Source: Asterias rubens (Eukaryota). Taken from it: 64,000 nt of DNA. Position numbers and translations under genes: made by a program. Where the stretch lies: contig NC_047067.1 in NCBI RefSeq assembly GCF_902459465.1, positions 6,572,001-6,636,000 of the forward strand, given 5' to 3'. Positions 61,598 through 64,000 of the stretch are shown here, piece by piece (the first letter of the stretch is position 1; each line of letters begins with the position of its first letter). Below the pieces are notes generated by a model. The model ran no database searches. It had not been told where the DNA came from and saw only the letters and a program-made list of their open reading frames with translations.

Positions 61598-62186
61598 AGG
61601 GACTTTCTTTTTAGTTATTACTTGATATTTTATTTTGTTATGCATTCAGAAGCTCTTGTTTCAACTACGATTGCCAACAAACAAGGAGATAATAGTTTTA
61701 TGATAAAATTGTATTCATCAGTCCTATGGCACCGTCTTACTACCGTATCCAATGGGTTGACTCGCAAAGACATCAGCGTTTTACCATAAAGTAAAGAAAT
61801 ACCACCGTAGTATTTACATTATTATTACATTATGTGAGACATTCTATAAGTGTTGCTTTTGGTTTTCAGTAATTCGACCGCCAGACGTCTTTATAGTGTA
61901 ACCACAAAGAAATTCACAAATTCAAAAAGTCCATTGGTCTTTTGATGTTTCTCATCTCGACATGCATGCTGTGTAGAACCATCAGAGAAAGCGCGCCATC
62001 ATGCTGTGCGCCATTCTGCCAAATATTTGACTTTGTGACCCGTCTAGTTGATGTCCACTTAACTTAATAATGCACATGGTAACATTCGAAATTGGGCCAA
62101 ATAAAGAAAACTATATGGGTTGTGTGTTGCCGAGGTGGGTTCTTAAAAATGATAAGAAATATTATTTCTATCTTTTACATTCACAG

Positions 62187-62401
62187 ATCCACTTCCCATC
62201 GGGTGCGTTCGTACGGGCTGATATTGCAGACTGGGGGATGAGCATAACTGTGCAAGCGCCCTCTGTTGATTTTAACCACACGGTCGGTTTGTGTGGGACG
62301 TTCGACGGGAATGCGGATAACGAATTCCACAATATTAGAGGAGAAACGATGAATATAGCCATGAAACACAAACAGGCAAATGAGTTTGTTGAACAGTGGA
62401 G
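62187..62401 (+). CDS. VWDE: VWDE-like exon 13, end of VWD domain (IHFPSGAFVRADIADWGMSITVQAPSVDFNHTVGLCGTFDGN...EQWR); gene continues past the window
   Basis: TCACAG acceptor, GTAAGG donor; 215 nt, phase 0 to 2; canonical VWD GLCGTFDGN motif. Confidence 0.96.
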
Positions 62402-62689
62402 GTAAGGAAAGTTCCTGTCGTTGTTGAATAAGTTTTGACTTCAAACTGAAGTTTGTTTTAAACCTTTTTCAGGTGTGCAAAGTGGCAGCAGTACACAGAC
62501 AGTTTTCAGTTGTACTGTAGCAGACGACAAAATGGCAGACCAGACTAAAAATGGTGGTTGTGTTTGAATGTTGACGTGCGGTCGTGCAAATAACATTTTA
62601 ACATAATTTATCGCAACTAAATAACAGCTCCATTATGATGTAGTAGGGAAGCAAATTAACCTGTGTTTTTTTTTGTATGGAACCCTTTC

Positions 62690-64000
62690 ACACATTACAT
62701 GTGTGTGGCAGAATTGCTTGGCTTTGTAGCCAGTTGCGCCGCCAATGGCGCATAGTGACAGTCAACAGGTTGTGTCGGAGTGTCATGCTTTCCCATAGTC
62801 GCAGTGTCGCATACTCCCATACTTTTGTACTATTTGTGTGTTGCCGGTGTATTGTCGCATCGTGCCGTCACATTGTTGCTGAAATAATGGAAAAGTTTCC
62901 GTATGGCGCCACCACTTTTTCATTCGAAATAAAATAATATAGTATCTAATTTACCTGGTTGATATATCCTTTTTTGTAAAAATGAGTGAAAAAGTGGTGG
63001 CGTCACACGGAAAGTTATCCCAAATAATTGCTTTGTTTATTTTGGGTTTCATTCAAGCCTTTTACGGCGTTAACGGTGAATTGTCGAATGGTGCCGACTC
63101 ATACTAGTTGCATTGTCTTGTTGTCACATATTATAGTTGCGACATGCCGTCACATTGTCTTATTGTTGCAGTGTTAGTTTAGAGTTCTAGCCATTGACTG
63201 CATTAACAGCGCATTTTCATATACTACCCTTGCATAGTGGCATTGTGCCGTTTCATAGTCGCCATTGTCCCATTTTTACATTATCCAGGGTTTGCCAGCA
63301 ATTTTGATCGCAGGAAAGTTTGGTCTCGTTTTATTATTGCTATGGAATATAATAATAATTAACAGCGGTGACCAAGCTTTCTTGAGATTAAGACAGTACC
63401 GCCAACTGGCAAAATGCCAGATAGTATATCAATGCGATGGCATGACAATGCGCAGTTGATGGCGTAAATGGCTGCGAACCCTAAATTGACAATGCGACCA
63501 GGAGGCAATATGACTGCACGATACAGCAAAGAGACGGCACCATGTAACAATGCAATGTCACAATGCATGATATAACAGCCCTTTACAAACAGTCTAAAAC
63601 TATGCAATCCCACAAGTAGACGGCACAGGGCGACTATGCGAAGGCACGACACAACTATGCCCTGGCACAAAGCGACGGCACAATGCTGTTGCGCTGTTGA
63701 TGGCTTTGAAGCCAAACAATACTGCAACGCATGTGATGCTTAAATGCAGTATTGAATTCCATACTTTACTTTAAAATTTGAATTTAAAAACAAAACAACA
63801 TTGTTTTGTTGTCACATATTATAGTTGCAACATGCCGTCACATTGTCTTATTGTTGCAGTGTTAGTTTCGAGTTCTAGCCATTGATTGTATTAACAGCGC
63901 ATTGTCATATCCTATAGCTACCTTTTCATATTCACATTGTGTCGTTTCATAGTCGCCATCACATTGTCCCATTTTTACATTATCCAGGTTTTGCCAGCAA
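62690..64000. repeat. Complex CATTGTCGC-type degenerate satellite with a 688-bp-period direct repeat
   Basis: 63118-63301 repeated at 63806-64000; intervening 63390-63730 carries the motif in opposite polarity. Confidence 0.75.
62889..63020. mobile_element. MITE with GG..CC ends and an 8-bp TSD (Merlin-like)
   Basis: ~35-bp TIR ..TTTCCGTATGGCGCCACCACTTTTT; flanks GAAATAAT / CAAATAAT. Superfamily inferred from GG termini plus an 8-bp duplication. Confidence 0.65.

Noticed and set aside
1-64000. Autonomous transposase, reverse transcriptase, rRNA or prokaryotic/viral operon
   Set aside because: No ORF over 190 aa and no catalytic motifs recognised on either strand; the window holds only non-autonomous elements and one spliced gene.

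Overview
AT-rich, repeat-dense eukaryotic genomic DNA with no prokaryotic features. The repeat families and the gene suggest a marine deuterostome, probably a sea star; this is my inference and was not confirmed by a search. The only supportable protein-coding gene is a + strand VWDE-like gene (von Willebrand factor D and EGF domain-containing). I reconstructed 13 exons by hand: a signal-peptide exon at 6079-6166 and 12 exons from 37704 to 62401. All have GT-AG junctions and consistent phases, totalling 1781 nt (~593 codons). The gene continues beyond the right edge, and intron 1 would be ~31.5 kb. The rest of the window is nested non-autonomous transposons: ~20 TTAA/AGG Kolobok-type MITEs, a fold-back Kolobok family, Harbinger-, hAT-, Tc1/mariner- and Merlin-like MITEs, tRNA-derived SINEs and local tandem duplications. 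The most interesting observations are: (1) a 496-bp Ginger1-type element (TGT..ACA ends, CCGG TSD) that splits a tRNA-derived SINE and carries GCCGCCATG plus a splice donor in phase with VWDE exon 2; (2) a recent duplication of the 3' half and donor of exon 6; (3) a three-fold CCAAT/AT-rich motif module in intron 1; (4) a structure-conserved but sequence-swapped hairpin inside the main MITE family; (5) repeated inverted-dimer MITEs. Exon coordinates were counted base by base, repeat boundaries are approximate (a few to ~20 bp), and no database searches were run.
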